Assembly: GCA_964480675.1 (NCBI GenBank)
Contig: CAYZPD010000002.1
Coordinates: forward strand, 172,538-236,537
Length of the DNA stretch: 64,000 nt
Reading direction: 5' to 3'
From: an uncultured Candidatus Saccharibacteria bacterium
Lineage (GTDB): Bacteria > Patescibacteriota > Saccharimonadia > Saccharimonadales > Saccharimonadaceae
Part shown: positions 63,904 to 64,000 of the stretch, piece by piece
Numbering within the stretch: position 1 is the stretch's first letter
Layout of the letters: every line of letters begins with the position of its first letter
Made by a program: the position numbers and the translations under genes
The notes under the pieces: generated by a model
Seen by the model: only the letters and a program-made list of their open reading frames with translations
Database searches by the model: none
Told to the model about the DNA's origin: nothing

Positions 63904-64000
63904 CTATAACAGTGTAGGTGATATTGACTTTATTGTAAATACGTTATAATATTTGCCTCATAAGCTTTCAGCCTGAAAGCTTCGCAAGAGATTGGATAAC

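Noticed and set aside
63924-63982. Plus-strand TTGACT-15-TATAAT (63924-63950) followed by the palindrome AAGCTTTCAG-cc-TGAAAGCTT (63962-63982) at the right window edge.
   Set aside because: The 15-nt spacer is short for a sigma-70 promoter, and no downstream ORF or T-run is visible before the window ends. The hairpin may be the terminator of an upstream minus-strand gene lying outside the window. The available sequence cannot settle this.
1-64000. A search by eye for CRISPR arrays, IS elements, integrases, phage genes, restriction-modification or other recognisable defence loci, and rRNA genes.
   Set aside because: I saw no direct-repeat/spacer periodicity, no transposase, integrase or recombinase motifs, no terminal inverted repeats flanking a gene block, and no rRNA-like conserved strings. 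tRNA-Gln is not flanked by an integrase or a duplicated att-like 3' tRNA fragment.

Overview
The window is dense with mostly minus-strand housekeeping genes from a small, streamlined bacterial genome. I found no rRNA, CRISPR array, transposase or integrase. The gene content points to a Saccharibacteria (TM7)/CPR-like organism; this is an inference, not a search result. Supporting content: type IV pilus ATPase, split transketolase, gatCAB plus tRNA-Gln, an LPXTG surface protein, a cyoABCDE quinol oxidase with NDH-2 but no quinone or heme biosynthesis genes in view, and many short membrane or secreted orphan proteins.

Confidently recognised genes: pilB-like ATPase, SpoU methyltransferase, dnaE, galU, gatC/A/B, an ABC-2 exporter pair, uvrB, a sugar-phosphate cluster (LOG-like protein, two PfkB kinases, fba, split tkt, rpe, rpiB, gap), a Rel-type (p)ppGpp enzyme, a Nudix hydrolase, ppa, a GDPD phosphodiesterase, trxB, an FKBP isomerase, ndh, cyoEDCBA, pheS/pheT, an aquaporin, rmuC, a PAP2 phosphatase, an SDR, a VOC protein, a K+/H+ antiporter, a DUF1697 protein, tRNA-Gln(CUG) and trmD.

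Observations most worth a second look:
1. A membrane-anchored ORF carrying a textbook HEPN RNxxxH motif sits between gatA and gatB, joined by TAATG overlaps on both sides.
2. A PNPOx-like gene is inserted the same way between pheS and pheT.
3. An 878-aa two-TM trypsin-fold protein has its catalytic Ser replaced by Asp.
4. An LPXTG surface protein built of Cys-bracketed repeat modules is split by a frameshift at a short CA tract.
5. Two complete unannotated mini-genes are present: a 19-aa Gly-rich peptide with a perfect SD and strong terminator upstream of gap, and a 30-aa highly basic peptide beside tRNA-Gln.
6. A -10 box sits 6-9 nt upstream of the ATG with no SD at 12 gene starts, implying leaderless mRNAs and shifting several start calls.

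All functional calls come from motif recognition by eye. No database search or computation was run.
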